Origin: Candidatus Latescibacterota bacterium
GTDB lineage: Bacteria > Latescibacterota > UBA2968 > UBA8231
Reading direction: 5' to 3'
DNA length: 64,000 bases
NCBI GenBank assembly: GCA_965242865.1
Contig: CBDETK010000013.1
Coordinates: forward strand, 704,001 to 768,000
Shown: in pieces, positions 1 to 12,490 of the stretch
Layout: each line of letters opens with the position of its first letter
Numbering within the stretch: the first letter of the stretch is position 1
Translations under genes and position numbers: made by a program
The notes under the pieces: generated by a model
The model's database searches: none
What the model saw: only the letters and a program-made list of their open reading frames with translations
What the model was told of the DNA's origin: nothing

Positions 1-3000
1 CTCAGCACTTTAGCCGATGGTTCCCATAGCGATCTATGGGAGAGCTATAACTTGGTGCTGTTGCCCGATCCTGATCCAACCAACACCAATAACATGGGCC
101 TTACACCAGACATGAGCTGGTTGGGAGCGCGGATACTGTGGGGGACGCCAGTGGTTCATGGCCCCGGTGGAAACAAGAGCCCAAAGGGGCCTTATAACAG
201 AAATTACGGACCAAATAGCAAGAGCAGAGGTTGGGGGGATTTGAAGTTGTTCACCGCAAAAACGCTATACGGTGATACTTTTCACCATAGCGATTTAGAA
301 ACACACAGCTATCACCATTGGGCCATTATCGGCGACGAGACATGGAGTGGCACAATCTCTCTGAGCGGCGATGTGGTGGTCTTTCCTGGGGCGACGCTTA
401 CGATACAGGCCGGCACCACCGTTGAGTTCTCTCCGGACGATCGCCGCCAGTCGGATGATCGCCACCAGTTCAAGGAAGGTAACGACAGGCTCTCGGAGAT
501 ATTCGTGTATGGCACCTTGAAGTCCGAAGGAACCAGTAGTAGTCCAGTTGTATTTAGAGGCTCCAATGTCTCGGATGATGAGCGGCATTCTGAGTTGCGT
601 TGGGATTGGGGCGGCATCCGCATGATGGCGGGCAGTTCGGATACGGTACGCCATACTCAGGTTCGCAATGTGCCCCTCCCGTCGGTCCGTCCGACGAATC
701 TGAGGGTGGTCGTCGGTGATGGCGCGGTGACGTTGCGGTGGGAGGAGCCGTCCCCGTCCGATGCGAGTATCACCGGGTGGCAGTATCGCACCAAGCCGGA
801 GACTGCTACTACTTGGGGGGATTGGGAGGACGTGTCCGGGCGGTCAACGCACGAGGCGGTGGTGTCGTCGTTGGCGCACGGGTTGCGGCACCAATTTGAG
901 GTGTGGGCGGTCAACGCCACTGGTAGCGGACCGGCGTCGGCGGTGTCGGCGTCGTTGCTGGAGGTGGCGTTCATTGAGCCGATCGACCCGGTCAGGGCGA
1001 TACGCGCACGTTACACCCTGATCGAAAGTGGCAAGCCGGTCGTCTTCGTGCGCGGCGTGCGCGGCCAAGCCGAAGATCCGGCCCTAACGGCCAACAAGGT
1101 GCAAGTGGGGGTTCAGTTGACGCCGGCGACCGACCGGCGGGTGACCATTCCCATCACCGTAACGGCCGGTTCGGCTGAGTCCGCCGACTACGAGGTGCGC
1201 GGCCTGCCCGCTTCGGGCCGGTTGGTCTTCGGTGTGGGTCGGGCCTTAAAGGAGTTCAGGATCTGGGCCAACGCCGACGCGGACTTCGACGACGAGACGA
1301 TTCAACTTAGCTTTGGGGCGTTGCCGGCGGGGGTGCAGGTGGGGCGCCCGGCGTCGGCGATGGTGACGATATACGATACACCATCGGCTCCGATGGGCTT
1401 GGAGGCGGAAGGCGGCGATGGGCAGGTGACGCTGCGGTGGGACGATCCGGACAACAGGAGCATCGCCGGGTGGGAGTATCAGCAGCGGCGCATCAGATCG
1501 TCGTGGAGCGAGTGGCTACCTATGAAAGCCAGCAACGCTCGGACGACCGAGTATTTGGTGAAGGATCTGACCAACGGGGGGAACTACCTGTTTAAGGTGC
1601 GGGCGGTCACTACGCGGGGGTTGGGGGATGAGTCGGCATCGGTGGCGGCTCGTCCGAGTTCGTTTATTGCGGAAGCGGCCCCTGGCGCGGTGCGGCTACG
1701 CTGGGACGATCCGGGGGATGCGGCGATCGACCATTGGGAGTATCGGGTGCGTCGGGTTCCGGATAAGTGGGGTCCGTGGGAGCCGATAGCAGGCAGTGCT
1801 GCGACGACGACCGAGCATACGGTGCGGGAGTTGGACAGCGGGGTGTTGTACCGGTTCAAGGTGCGGGCGGTTTCCTCGTCGGGGGCGGCGGTGCTGACTT
1901 TGGCGGCGGTCGAGGCGACGCCGCAGGTTCCCTGTCAACTGACGGGGGCGACGGATCCGACATTTGCGGAAAACGCCCCTGGGGCGGTAGGCACGTACAC
2001 GGCCAGTGCGGGGTGTGATTCGGCGTTGTCGTGGGGGTTGGCGGGGACGGATGCGCGCTTTTTTGAGTTGAAAGGGGACGGCATGTCGCGCACCCTCGAG
2101 TTCAATAGTTCTCATAGTCCTCCCAACTTTGAGCAGCCTGCCGACGCTGGCGCGAACAACACTTACGCGGTGTCGGTGTCCATCGGCGACGCATCCGTGT
2201 CGGTGACCGTGTCGGTGACCGATGCCAACGATGCCGGTGTCATTAGTCTTTCGACGACCGCGCCGCGAGCGGAGGAATCCCTCACGGCAACGCTGTCGGA
2301 CGAAGATGGCATTGCAGAGCCGGTGTATTGGACGCCCCACTATGAGAGCACCTCGGACAGGGATGGCGTAACCGGGCCGGCGTCGGAGGCGACACAGACA
2401 TGGACGCTGACCATCCCCAGCAGCCGCGTGGGGCAGCCCCTGCGCCTCCAAGCCGACTACACGGACTCTTTTGGCGCGGCGTCGGCGACGAGTGCTTTGA
2501 CTTCGCCGGTGCGCCCGGCCTCCAACCGCGCCCCGTCGGTGTCGGGTCCGGCGGCGGTGGACATAGCCGAAAACAGTTCCGCCCCGTGGTTGTTGGGCAC
2601 TTATATCGGCCGCGACCCGGATGGCGACGAGTTGACGTGGAGCGTAACAGGCACGGATGCCAGTGCGTTTGAATTGAAGGAGCCGGCGTCGCCGGGGGCG
2701 GAGCCGTCGCGGGAACTCCATTTGGCGAATGCGGCCGATTACGAAACCCAAGATAGCTTATGACGTGTGGGTGAAGGTCTCCGACGCGACACTGTCGGAC
2801 AGCCTGCGGGTGTCGGTGTCGGTCGTCAATCAGAACGAGGATGGGTCGGTGGTGCTGACGGGGGGGTTGCCGCCGGAGGTGGGCACGGCGGTGGTGGCGG
2901 GGTTGACCGACCCAGATGGGCAGATTACGGGATCGGCTTGGCAGTGGCAGCGTCGGTTGGGCACAACGGGAGCGTGGGAAGCGATTGGGGCCGGGGTGTC

Positions 3001-4942
3001 GGGGGCTTCATCAGCGGTGTCGGGTGCGGCCTCGGCGTATCCTGAGCTATCGAGCTACACGCCGGTGTCGGGCGATGTGGGGTGGCAGTTGCAGGCGACA
3101 GTGCGCTACCGCGATGGGCACGATCCCAACACGGAACGGATGTCCGCAAGTGATCCAAGTCGGGCGGTGGTTGGTCCGCCGGTTGCGCCGTCGGAGGTGT
3201 CGTTTCGGTCGGGGTGGACGCAGGTTCGGGTGGAGTGGTCGGCGGTGGCGGCAGCGACGGGCTACGCGGTGCAAGGGCAGAGCAAACCCTTTGATGGCGG
3301 CACATGGCCTTCGACATGGACATCATTGGCGTCTGAGGTCGTCGGCCAGCGGCGGTATGTTCACCGGGGGGTGTCGCCGGATAGCCTATATCGGTATCAG
3401 GTGCGGGCGCGGGTAGGCGAGTTGGAGAGTGCGTGGTCGGCGGCGCAGCCTTTGGCGGGGGTTCAGCCTGGGGTGGGTCCGCCGACCGGGTTTACCGCCG
3501 AGGCCGGGGCGACCCAGGCGACGCTGCGGTGGACGGGGCCGGATCACGCCAGCATCACCCAGTGGCGGTATCGGGATGTGACGGCGGAGGGGGCCGATAC
3601 GGACGGGGACTGGCTGGACGCGACGGTCAGCGGTAGTGCCGCGACGGCGTGGGTGGCTACGGTAGAGGGCTTGACAGCGGGTCAAGCGTATCGGTTTCAA
3701 GTGCGGGCGGTCAATGGGGCCGGCGGTGGTCGGCCTTCGGCGGTGAGCAATACGGTAACGCCGTGGTTGGCTCGGCCCACGGGCGGTTCGGTTTCAGTGC
3801 AGGCGGGACCGGCGCTGAAGGTTGCTTGGTCATCGGTGGCGTCGGCGACCGGCTATGAGGTGGAAGGGCAGAGCAAGCCATTCGATGGCGGGTCTTGGCC
3901 ATCGGCGTGGACGACGCAACAGGCCAACGGCGCACAGCCCTATGTGCATCGAGGGGTCGATGCCGACCGCCGCTATCGCTACCGAGTGCGGGCGCGAGTG
4001 GGCGCGACGGTGAGTGCCTGGTCGGATACGCTGCCGGGGGTGGCGGGAGTGCAACTGCCACCGGGCGCGCCGATGGGCTTGACGGCCACGCCGGGCATCC
4101 GACAGGCGACGCTTCGGTGGACCGGGCCGACGCACACCAGCATCAGCGAGTGGCAGTATAAGCGGGGCCAGATTTTGGAGCCGATCACCGCGTGGGGGGG
4201 ATGGCTGTCCATGGGGACGGCGGCGACGACGCGGTCGTTTATAGTGCGGCATCCGCTGGTGGATGGGGGGTCTTATCGGTTTGAAGTGCGGGTGCGCAAC
4301 GGCGGGGGATGGTCCGCGACGACGCGGACGGATACGGTGACGTTGCCGGTGGACACCAAGGGGCGTGTGGTGCTCTCGACGACCACGCCGCGGGTCGGCG
4401 ACGACTTGATGGCGACATTGACCGACCCGGATAACCCGACGGATGTGGGGTTTACTTGGTCGTTTTCCCTGCCGGCGGGGGTGTCGGGGGCCAACGGAGC
4501 CGATCCGCCGCCCAGCGCATTGCAGTCGGAGCCGTTGCGGGTGAGCACAGTGCATTTGGGGGTGCAGATCCGGGCGCGGGTGTCCTATGCCGATGACTAT
4601 GGTCGGCAACAGGTGCAAAGCCCCAAGACATCGGCGGTGGTGGGGCCGCCGTGGGCGCCGCGGACGTTTACGGCGACGGCCGGCGATGGGCAGGTGGCGC
4701 TTTCTTGGGAGGCGCCCTTGAAAATCGGCGGCTCGGCGATCACCAGTTACCAGTACCGCTACAAGAAGACCAGCGGTAGCTGGCCGGAGAACTGGACGAG
4801 TGCCGGCACGGCGACGAGCGCGACCGTGACGGACTTGACCAACGGCACTCCTTTTAACATAGAAAACCCGAGATTCCGGTTGCTCGCAAAGGTGAGTGCT
4901 GGAACGGCTTCGGAGACAGGAGATACGTCATGCTTTTTCTAA
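1..4942 (+). pseudogene. Unit A giant secreted repeat protein (5' end outside window): beta-helix-like linker, FN3, Calx-beta-like, cadherin-like and Ig-like modules; frameshifted and 3'-truncated
   Basis: Frame 1 is open from base 1 into ORF 52..2763 and continues in ORF 2729..4942. There is an extra T at 2758-2759 (gatagcttatgac vs gatagctacgac near 39980). FN3 motifs (VTLRW...WQYR...YxFxVRAVN) and cadherin-like motifs (FAENA...PPNFEQP) are present. Homology to the other stalk copies stops at 4851, so no C-terminal domain. Confidence 0.85.
1915..4851 (+). repeat. Stalk repeat copy 1 (~3 kb cadherin/Ig/FN3 block)
   Basis: Near-identical DNA to ~8289-11290, ~16094-19068, ~26901-29890 and ~39158-42133 by direct comparison; boundaries approximate. 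Confidence 0.9.
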
Positions 4943-5859
4943 TGCTTTTTTGGCTAGGCGTTTGTGCTTCCGCCGCAATGGCTATAGCCGATGAAATCAA
5001 TGAAGTCATCACCCCCATAGAACTCAATCCGCACGACTACGTCCCTTTGGCAGTGGGAAACCGCTGGACGTACGAGCATTATTATCTCAATGAATCATAT
5101 CCCGGTGGAAGTGGCTGGTACGACTTGGAATACCTGAAGGCCATGGAGATACCTGGATATCCACATGGGAGGGAGAATCCAATACCGCCCGATTCTCTGA
5201 CCTTTGTAGAGAGAATATTGACTATTGAGATCACTCATACGGAGATGATTGACGGCTTTGAGTACTTTGTTTTTAGCGGTCCCGATTATGCTTGGCCGCC
5301 CTTACCCGATTTGTTCTGGGGAGGGAAAAAGGTACGTATATCCGATGAAGATTTCTTAGTCTTCAGATGGAATGGGCAGGATCTCCCATTATATGACTTC
5401 AGCCATCATCATTTGGACCGTTATGATGATACTTATTATGACAGTTATAGGTATACAGTCATACTTCCAGGAATTGAGGAGGTGAGTGACTTCTATCGTA
5501 AGGTGGACATCCGCGGGATGGACATCTTCTTAGCCCTTTTCTCTGGCATGGACTACTATAATTCCGGTATCTACTTCAGTCGCTATATACTCCCCAGTTA
5601 CCCGGAATTGCTCTTTTTTTGGGATCATGGAGAAACCCAGTTGGTGTTTGTACACGGATATGGGATGGGGCTGTTTAATATCGCGGTGCTACGCGAAGAG
5701 TGGGTGCCTATATTTGAGACTCTCCTTACACCGATTTCAGTGAGTATTGACGGGAAAGAAATTCCATACCCCGAACATCTACCTCCTCCTTTCCTCGACT
5801 CTTCTGTTCAGCCTACATCGTGGGGACAGTTGAAAAACTCTATACTCAGGACAAAGTAG
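4930..5859 (+). CDS. Unit B small secreted partner protein (PLAVGNxWxY family) with C-terminal SWGQLK tail
   Basis: 309-aa ORF with aggag RBS and hydrophobic signal peptide. DYVPLAVGNRWTY and HTEMIDGFEYFV...WPP...GKK motifs are shared with 11444 and 12491. Ends VQPTSWGQLKNSILRTK. Confidence 0.85.
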   Translation: MLFLMLFWLGVCASAAMAIADEINEVITPIELNPHDYVPLAVGNRWTYEHYYLNESYPGGSGWYDLEYLKAMEIPGYPHGRENPIPPDSLTFVERILTIEITHTEMIDGFEYFVFSGPDYAWPPLPDLFWGGKKVRISDEDFLVFRWNGQDLPLYDFSHHHLDRYDDTYYDSYRYTVILPGIEEVSDFYRKVDIRGMDIFLALFSGMDYYNSGIYFSRYILPSYPELLFFWDHGETQLVFVHGYGMGLFNIAVLREEWVPIFETLLTPISVSIDGKEIPYPEHLPPPFLDSSVQPTSWGQLKNSILRTK

Positions 5860-5898
5860 GTCTTTCCGATTTACACACCTTTAGAAAATGAGGATACT

Positions 5899-8800
5899 AT
5901 GATAATTCTACTGTTTTTGCTCATTAGTCTCTACTCCTCCAGCACTTGGGGCCAAGATTTCGTTTGTGGGTTTGGTCTGGCACCGGAATCCGAGAATGAT
6001 CAGGTCATGGGTGCGAGTGGCCATAATCCGGCCTTCTACCGGAGTCAAACCATCCAACCGCTGGTTCTGTTTGGAAGGTTTGATGGTGCAGCAGATCGTA
6101 CTTTAACGACACTTTGGGATCGCGAGGGCGTCGCCAATCAGCGCGCCGATTCTTTGCTATCCGTCACTCATGAAGGTAGTTTGGCGCACTATTTCTCCGA
6201 GATGTCGAATGGCACCTTGACGTTGGTCCCACCCCCCGGCGGTATTGACCTGACTTGGTATGAGGCGCAAGATGACGAGGTCTCCGATTATGTAGGATCG
6301 CCATGTGGTACTAATTGGCATGGTGGTGTGCAGCGATTTGTACGGGAAGTGATCATGGATGCCGACGCTTCTATTAACTTCAGCGATTCCATTTATGATA
6401 GAGATATGAACGGTCTGGTCGACTTGGTTATCGTGACCGTTCCACAACAGTTTGGAAGGGCGTGCGGTCCCAATGGGACGGTCTTTTACGAACACGACTT
6501 TTCCCCCCTTCTACGTATAGATGGAGTCGGCATAGAAGCTATCATCACGTCGGATGATCGGCCAAGTTTGCCTTTCATTGTAGGCGTGTTAGTGCATGAG
6601 TATGGCCACGTAATGGGCCTACCTGAGCTTTTTGACCGAGATCACCAATCCGTAAATCGGCCTCCCCGCAGACCGATAGAGCACGGAGCCGGCATCGGCC
6701 TTTGGGGCGTAATGGCTGGCGGCGAGGGATGGCCGCATGTCCCAAGTAGGTCGTCCGGCCCGAATCCCATGTCAGCGTGGTCTAGGATGGAGGTAGGGTG
6801 GCTCACGCCTAGGACCGTGGCCGCCGACACGTTGGGAGTTCAAATCCACGATGTCAATTCTTCTATGGGCGAGGTACTTGAGATTCCCGTGCCCGGTTCA
6901 AGAACGGAGTACTTTTTAGTGGTCAATCGGCAGAATACGTATAGTGAGACCCGTAGTGAGACTCAGGTGGGGAGTTACTACGACGACTTGGCTCCAGTGA
7001 GTGGTCTGGCGATCTGGCACGTTGATGAGAATGTCCAGAATTTCCCTGGAGCCCTTGATGTCAACGAAAATGAGGTCCACAAACGTGTTGATCTGGAGTG
7101 CGCTGACGGACTTTTTTTAGACCGAGGTAGGGGCAACGTGCCTAATTCTGAAATCGGAGGAGATAATCTGGACTACTGGTCAAATGATGCCACCTATAGA
7201 AGGATTCGCAATGGAAATCAAGGCGACGCGACCGATTTGTGGATCTCTGGCGCGTTCACGCCGTATAGCAACCCCTCAACAGCGGGCTACGATGGCAATA
7301 TTCAGGATGAGTTCACAGGGATCGCGGTGCGGAACATTCAGGCTCGGCCCAATGGGGTGATGCAGGCCGACATCGTCTTTCTGCCTCTGGAGCCGGCGAA
7401 CCTTCGGGCGGAAGCGGGTATCCGTCAGGTGACGCTGCGTTGGAACGCGCCAATGCCTAATGGCGGTTCAGCGATCACCGGGTATGAGTATCGTCAGAGC
7501 CTTGATGGGGGGCGCACATGGATGCCCTGGACGCCGGTGACCGGAGGATCCACGGACCGTATCCAGACAGTGGGGGAGTTGACGGCCGGTACGCTGTACA
7601 CGTTTGAGGTGCGAGCGGTCAACGCGTCGGGGTCAGGTGGGTGGGCTTCCGCCACGGCGACGCCGGTGCCGTCGGTGCCGTCGGCGTCGGTGACGGCTGG
7701 GTTTCGCCGGATTCATGTGGACTGGACGCCGGTGGCGTCGGCGACGGGCTACGATGTGCAGGTGCAGAGCAAACCCTTCGATAGGGGCCCTTGGCCGACA
7801 GCATGGTCGCCGTTGGCCACCAATACCGCCGGCCGGATCCCCAATAATAGGTCGTCGCTTCTGCGGGAGACGCACACGAGGGTGTCGCCGGATAGTTTGT
7901 ATCGGTATCAGGTGCGCTCGCGGGCGGGTGCGTCGGTGAGTGGGTGGTCGGCCCTGGTGCCGGATGCGGATGGGGTCCAGCCCGGCGTTGATGCTCCGAC
8001 GGAGTTTCAGGCGGAGGCGGGTGCTGGTCAGGTGACGCTTCGGTGGACGGGTCCGGATCACGCCAGTATTACTCAGTGGCAGTATCGGGATGTGACGGCG
8101 TCGGGGGCCGATACGCGGGGGGGTTGGCAGGACGCAGCGGTCAGCGGTAGTGCCTCAACGGAGTGGTTGGCCACGGTGGACGCCTTGACGCCGGGACAAG
8201 CCTATCAGTTTCAATTGCGGGCGGTCAATGGAGCGGGGGACGGCCAGCTGTCGGCGGTGAGCGATGCGGTGACGCCGCGGGCGCCGGTCTGCCTGCTGAC
8301 GGGGGCGATGGCTCCGACGTTTGCCGAAAACGCCACTGGAGCGGTAGGCACGTACACGGCCAGTGCCGGGTGTGGTTCGGCGTTGTCGTGGAAGTTGGAG
8401 GGGACGGATGCGAGTGCGTTTGTGGAGTTACAAGGGACGGGCGCGTCGCAGACGCTTGAGTTCAAGCGTCCTCCCAACTTTGAGCAGCCTGCCGACGATG
8501 GTGCGAACAACACCTACGCGGTATCGGTGTCCATCGGCGACGTGTCGGTGTCGGTTACCGTGTCGGTGACCGATGCCAACGATCCCGGTGTCATTGTCCT
8601 TTCGACGACCGCGCCGCGAGCGGAGGAATCCCTCACCGCGACGCTATCGGACGAAGATGGGATTGCAGAGCCGGTGTATTGGACACCCCACTATGAGAGT
8701 GCCTCGGATGGCGGCGGCGTAACCGGGCAGGCGTCGGAAGCGACGCAGACATGGACGCTGACTATCCCCAACAGCCGTGTGGGGCAGTCCCTGCGCCTCC

Positions 8801-11318
8801 AAGCTGACTACACCGACTCTTTTGGCTCGGCGTCGGCGACGAGTGCTTTGACTTCGCCGGTGCGTCCGGCCTCCAACCGCGCCCCGTCGGTGTCGGGTCC
8901 GGCGGCGGTGGACATAGCCGAAAACAGTTCCGAACCGTGGCTGTTGGGCACTTATATCGGCCGCGACCCGGATGGCGACGAGTTGACGTGGAGCGTAACG
9001 GGCCCGGATGCGAGTGCGTTTGATGAATTGAAGGAACCGGCGTCGCCGGGGGCGGAGCCGTCGCGGGAACTCCATTTGGCGAGTGCGCCCGATTACGAAG
9101 CCCAAGCGCGCTACGACGTGTGGGTGAAGGTCTCTGATGCGGCACTGTCGGACAGCCTGCGGGTGTCGGTGTCGGTGCTCAATCAGAACGAGGATGGGGA
9201 GGTGGTGCTGACGGGGGGGCTGCCGCCGGAGGTGGGCACGGCGGTGGTGGCGGGGCTGACCGATCCGGATGGGCAGATTACCGGGGCGTCTTGGCAGTGG
9301 CAACGGCGGTTGGGCGCGACGGGAGCATGGGAAGCGATTGGGGCCGGGGTGTCGGGGGCTTCATCAGCGGTGTCGGGTGCGGCCTCGGCGTATCCTGAAC
9401 TATCGAGTTACACGCCGGTGTCGGGCGATGTGGGTTGGCAGTTGCAAGCGACGGTGCGCTACCGCGATGGGCACGATCCCAACACGGAACGGACGGCCGC
9501 AAGTGATCCGAGTGCGGCGGTGGTCGGTCCGCCGGTTGCGCCGTCGGAGGTGTCGTTTCGGTCGGGGTGGACGCAGGTTCGGGTGGAGTGGTCGGCGGTG
9601 GTCGCGGCGACGAGCTACGCGGTGCAAGGGCAGAGCAAACCCTTTGATGGCGGGTCGTGGCCTTCGACGTGGACGTCGTTGGCGTCTGAGGTCGTCGGCC
9701 AGCGGCGGTATGTTCACCGGGGGGTGTCGCCGGATAGCCTGTATCGGTATCAGGTGCGGGCGCGAGTGGGCGAGTTGGAAAGCGCGTGGTCGGCGGCGGA
9801 GCCTTCGGCGGGGGTTCAGCCCGGGGTGGGTCCGCCGACCGGGTTTACCGCCGAGGCCGGGGCGAGCCAAGCGACGCTGCGGTGGACGGGTCCGGATCAT
9901 GCCAGCATTACCAAGTGGCGGTATCGGGATGTGACGGCGGAGGGGGCCGATACGGAGGGGGATTGGCAGGACGCGACGGTCAGTGGTAGTGCCGTGGCGG
10001 GGTGGTCGGCCCCGGTAGAAGGCTTGACGCCGGGGCGCGAGTATCGGTTTCAAGTGCGGGCGGTCAATGGGGCCGGCGGCGGTCGGCCTTCGGCGGTGAG
10101 CAATACGGTCACGCCGTGGTTGGCTCGGCCCACCGGCGGTTCGGTTTCAGTGCAGGCCGGCCCGGCGCTGGAGGTTGCTTGGTCGGCGGTGGCGTCGGCG
10201 ACCGGCTATGAGGTGGAGGGGCAGAGCAAGCCGTATGACGGCGGGTCGTGGCCTTCGGCGTGGACGACGCAGCAGGCCCACGGCGCACAGCCCTATGTGC
10301 ATCGAGGGGTGGATGCCGACCGCCGCTATCGCTACCGAGTGCGGGCGCGGGTCGGCGAGACGGCGAGTGCTTGGTCGGATACGCTGCCGGGGGTGGCGGG
10401 AGTGCAACCGCCACCGGGTGCGCCGACGGGCTTGACCGCCACGCCGGGCATCCGACAGGCGACGCTGACGTGGACGGGGCCGACGCACACCAGCATCGCC
10501 GAGTGGCAGTATAAGCGGGGCCAGATTTTGGAGCCGATCACCGCGTGGGGGGGGGGTGGCTGTCCATGGGCACGGCGGCAACGACGCGGTCGTTTACAGT
10601 GCGGCATCCGCTGGTGGATGGGGGCTCCTATCGGTTTGAAGTGCGGGCACGCAACGGCGGGGGATGGTCCGCGACGACGCGGACGGATACGGTGACGTTG
10701 CCGGTGGACACCAAGGGGCGTGTGGCGCTCTTGACGACCACGCCGCGGGTCGGCGACGACCTGACGGCGACGTTGACCGACCCGGATAACCCGACGGATG
10801 TGGGGTTTACTTGGTCGTTTTTCTTGCCGGTTACTTGGTCGTTTTTCTTGCCGGCGGGGGTGTCGGGGGCCAATGGGGCTGATCCGCCGCCCAGCGCAGT
10901 GCAGTCGGAGCCGTTGCGGGTGAGCACAGTGCATTTGGGGTTGCAGATCCGGGCGCGGGTGTCCTATGCCGATGATTATGGTCGGCAGCAGGCGCAAAGC
11001 CCCAAGACGTCGGCGGTGGTGGGGCCGCCGTGGGCGCCGCGGACGTTTACGGCGACGGCCGGCGACGGGCAGGTGGCGCTTTCTTGGGAGGCGCCCTTGA
11101 AAATCGGCGGCTCGGCGATCACCAGCTACCAGTACCGCTACAAGAAGACCAGCGGCAGTTGGCCGGAGAGTTGGACGAGTGCCGGCACGGCGACGAGCGC
11201 GACGGTGACGGACTTGACCAACGGCACTCCGTACTCCTTTGCGGTGCGGGCGGTCAATGGCTACGGCGACGGCACGGTCGCCTCGGCGGCGGCACGAGCG
11301 CGACGGTGCGTAGCTTGA
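5899..11318 (+). pseudogene. Unit B giant protein: signal peptide + M6 (immune inhibitor A-like) metalloprotease + FN3/cadherin stalk; frameshift at poly-G and 3'-truncated
   Basis: HEYGHVMGLPELFD zinc motif (codons from 6595), GLWGVMAGG Met-turn, PNPMSAWSRMEVGW, EYFLVVNRQ, GLAIWHVDE. A G10 run at 10547-10556 shifts the frame into ORF 10545..11318. Stalk homology ends ~11290. Confidence 0.85.
8289..11290 (+). repeat. Stalk repeat copy 2
   Basis: Near-identical to the other stalk copies; contains a 24-bp in-frame tandem duplication at 10807-10854. Confidence 0.9.
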
Positions 11319-11443
11319 CCAACGGCCAGTCCTATTCCTTCATTACGACCGGCCCTACGGCGAAAATTCCAGAGGAATACAAACTCAATGTTTTACCGTC
11401 TGAACACTTAGCTTCTCGGCATCCTATCTAAGGAGGAATTATC

Positions 11444-12334
11444 ATGCAAAACAGTATGCTTTTGACGCTCTCGTCTCCTATTCTGTCGCGGCCTTTGAGG
11501 CCAGTAAAGCACCTTCTGGCGGCGGTCTTGGTCGGCCTGTTGGGCAACGGGTCTGCCATTGCGGACGCCAGCGACTGGTTGCCGCTGGCCGTGGGCAATT
11601 CGTGGACGTATAGCCATAGATACAGTGACCACAATGTGGACTATAGCCAATGGACCAACTACACGGCTCCATACGGCATACCCGAGTTCACTCTTTCGGT
11701 GTTGCGCACCGAGGTTATCGATGGCCATACCTACTTCGTCATCAGCGATATGCCGGAGTATTGGCCGCCGGTGCCGCCGCAGTTCATAGCAGGTAAGAAG
11801 CTACGGTGGGTAGGCGACCAACTGATGGAGCGTACCGCCGATGGCGAGCAAGCCCTGTTCCGCTTTGGCGGAGCCAGTGGAGCCAGCGGAGCCAGCGGCG
11901 CCAGCGGCGAAGTTAGCTATACCGTCCCCACCCCAGAGGGAACCCTCCGCGTCACCGCACGGGAAAACCGCTCCGAGCACACTCACGACAATTATTTCGG
12001 CTTTAGTGGCGGCGCAGAGGCCGCTGGTCCCTCTAATTGGTACGAATTGTTGGGAGGCGAGTCGGGGGTGACAGGTGAGTCGGGGGTAACGGTCGGGTTG
12101 GGGGCAGCTCTCATCTTCCTAAAGGGTTTCGGTGTCCAACAATGTCAGATGGCACTCTACGACGACGATGCTCCGCTATTCAAAAACATACAAAAAGCGA
12201 AACACGCGGTGCTCGATGGGCGTACCGTGACAGTTCGGGAAGCCCAGGCGGCGGCGGGTCAGGCTTCGTCGTCGGACGCAACGAGCATTGAGTGGTTTTC
12301 TTGGGGGCTTATCAAGCAGGAGGGTCGCGAATGA
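11444..12334 (+). CDS. Unit C small secreted partner protein 1 (PLAVGNSWTY family), SWGLIK tail
   Basis: 296-aa ORF with strong RBS and signal peptide; paralog of 12491 and 4930; (GAS)4 loop; ends IEWFSWGLIKQEGRE. Confidence 0.85.
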   Translation: MQNSMLLTLSSPILSRPLRPVKHLLAAVLVGLLGNGSAIADASDWLPLAVGNSWTYSHRYSDHNVDYSQWTNYTAPYGIPEFTLSVLRTEVIDGHTYFVISDMPEYWPPVPPQFIAGKKLRWVGDQLMERTADGEQALFRFGGASGASGASGASGEVSYTVPTPEGTLRVTARENRSEHTHDNYFGFSGGAEAAGPSNWYELLGGESGVTGESGVTVGLGAALIFLKGFGVQQCQMALYDDDAPLFKNIQKAKHAVLDGRTVTVREAQAAAGQASSSDATSIEWFSWGLIKQEGRE

Positions 12335-12394
12335 ATCCGCTTCGTGTATTGTGTGTGCTTTGCTTCGGTTCGCTAGTTTGTGCCTCCGCAGGAT
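12331..12394 (+). pseudogene. 5' stub (signal peptide only) of a giant-protein gene
   Basis: ATGA overlap with the upstream stop. MNPLRVLCVLCFGSLVCASAG matches VNPLRVLLALCFGLLVCASAG at 13354, then joins the duplicated leader. Confidence 0.75.
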
Positions 12395-12490
12395 CGGCCC
12401 TACGGCGAAAATTCCAGAGGAACACAAACCCCAACGTTTTACTACCTGAACATTTAGCCTCTCGGCATCCTACTCTAAGGAGGAATCATC

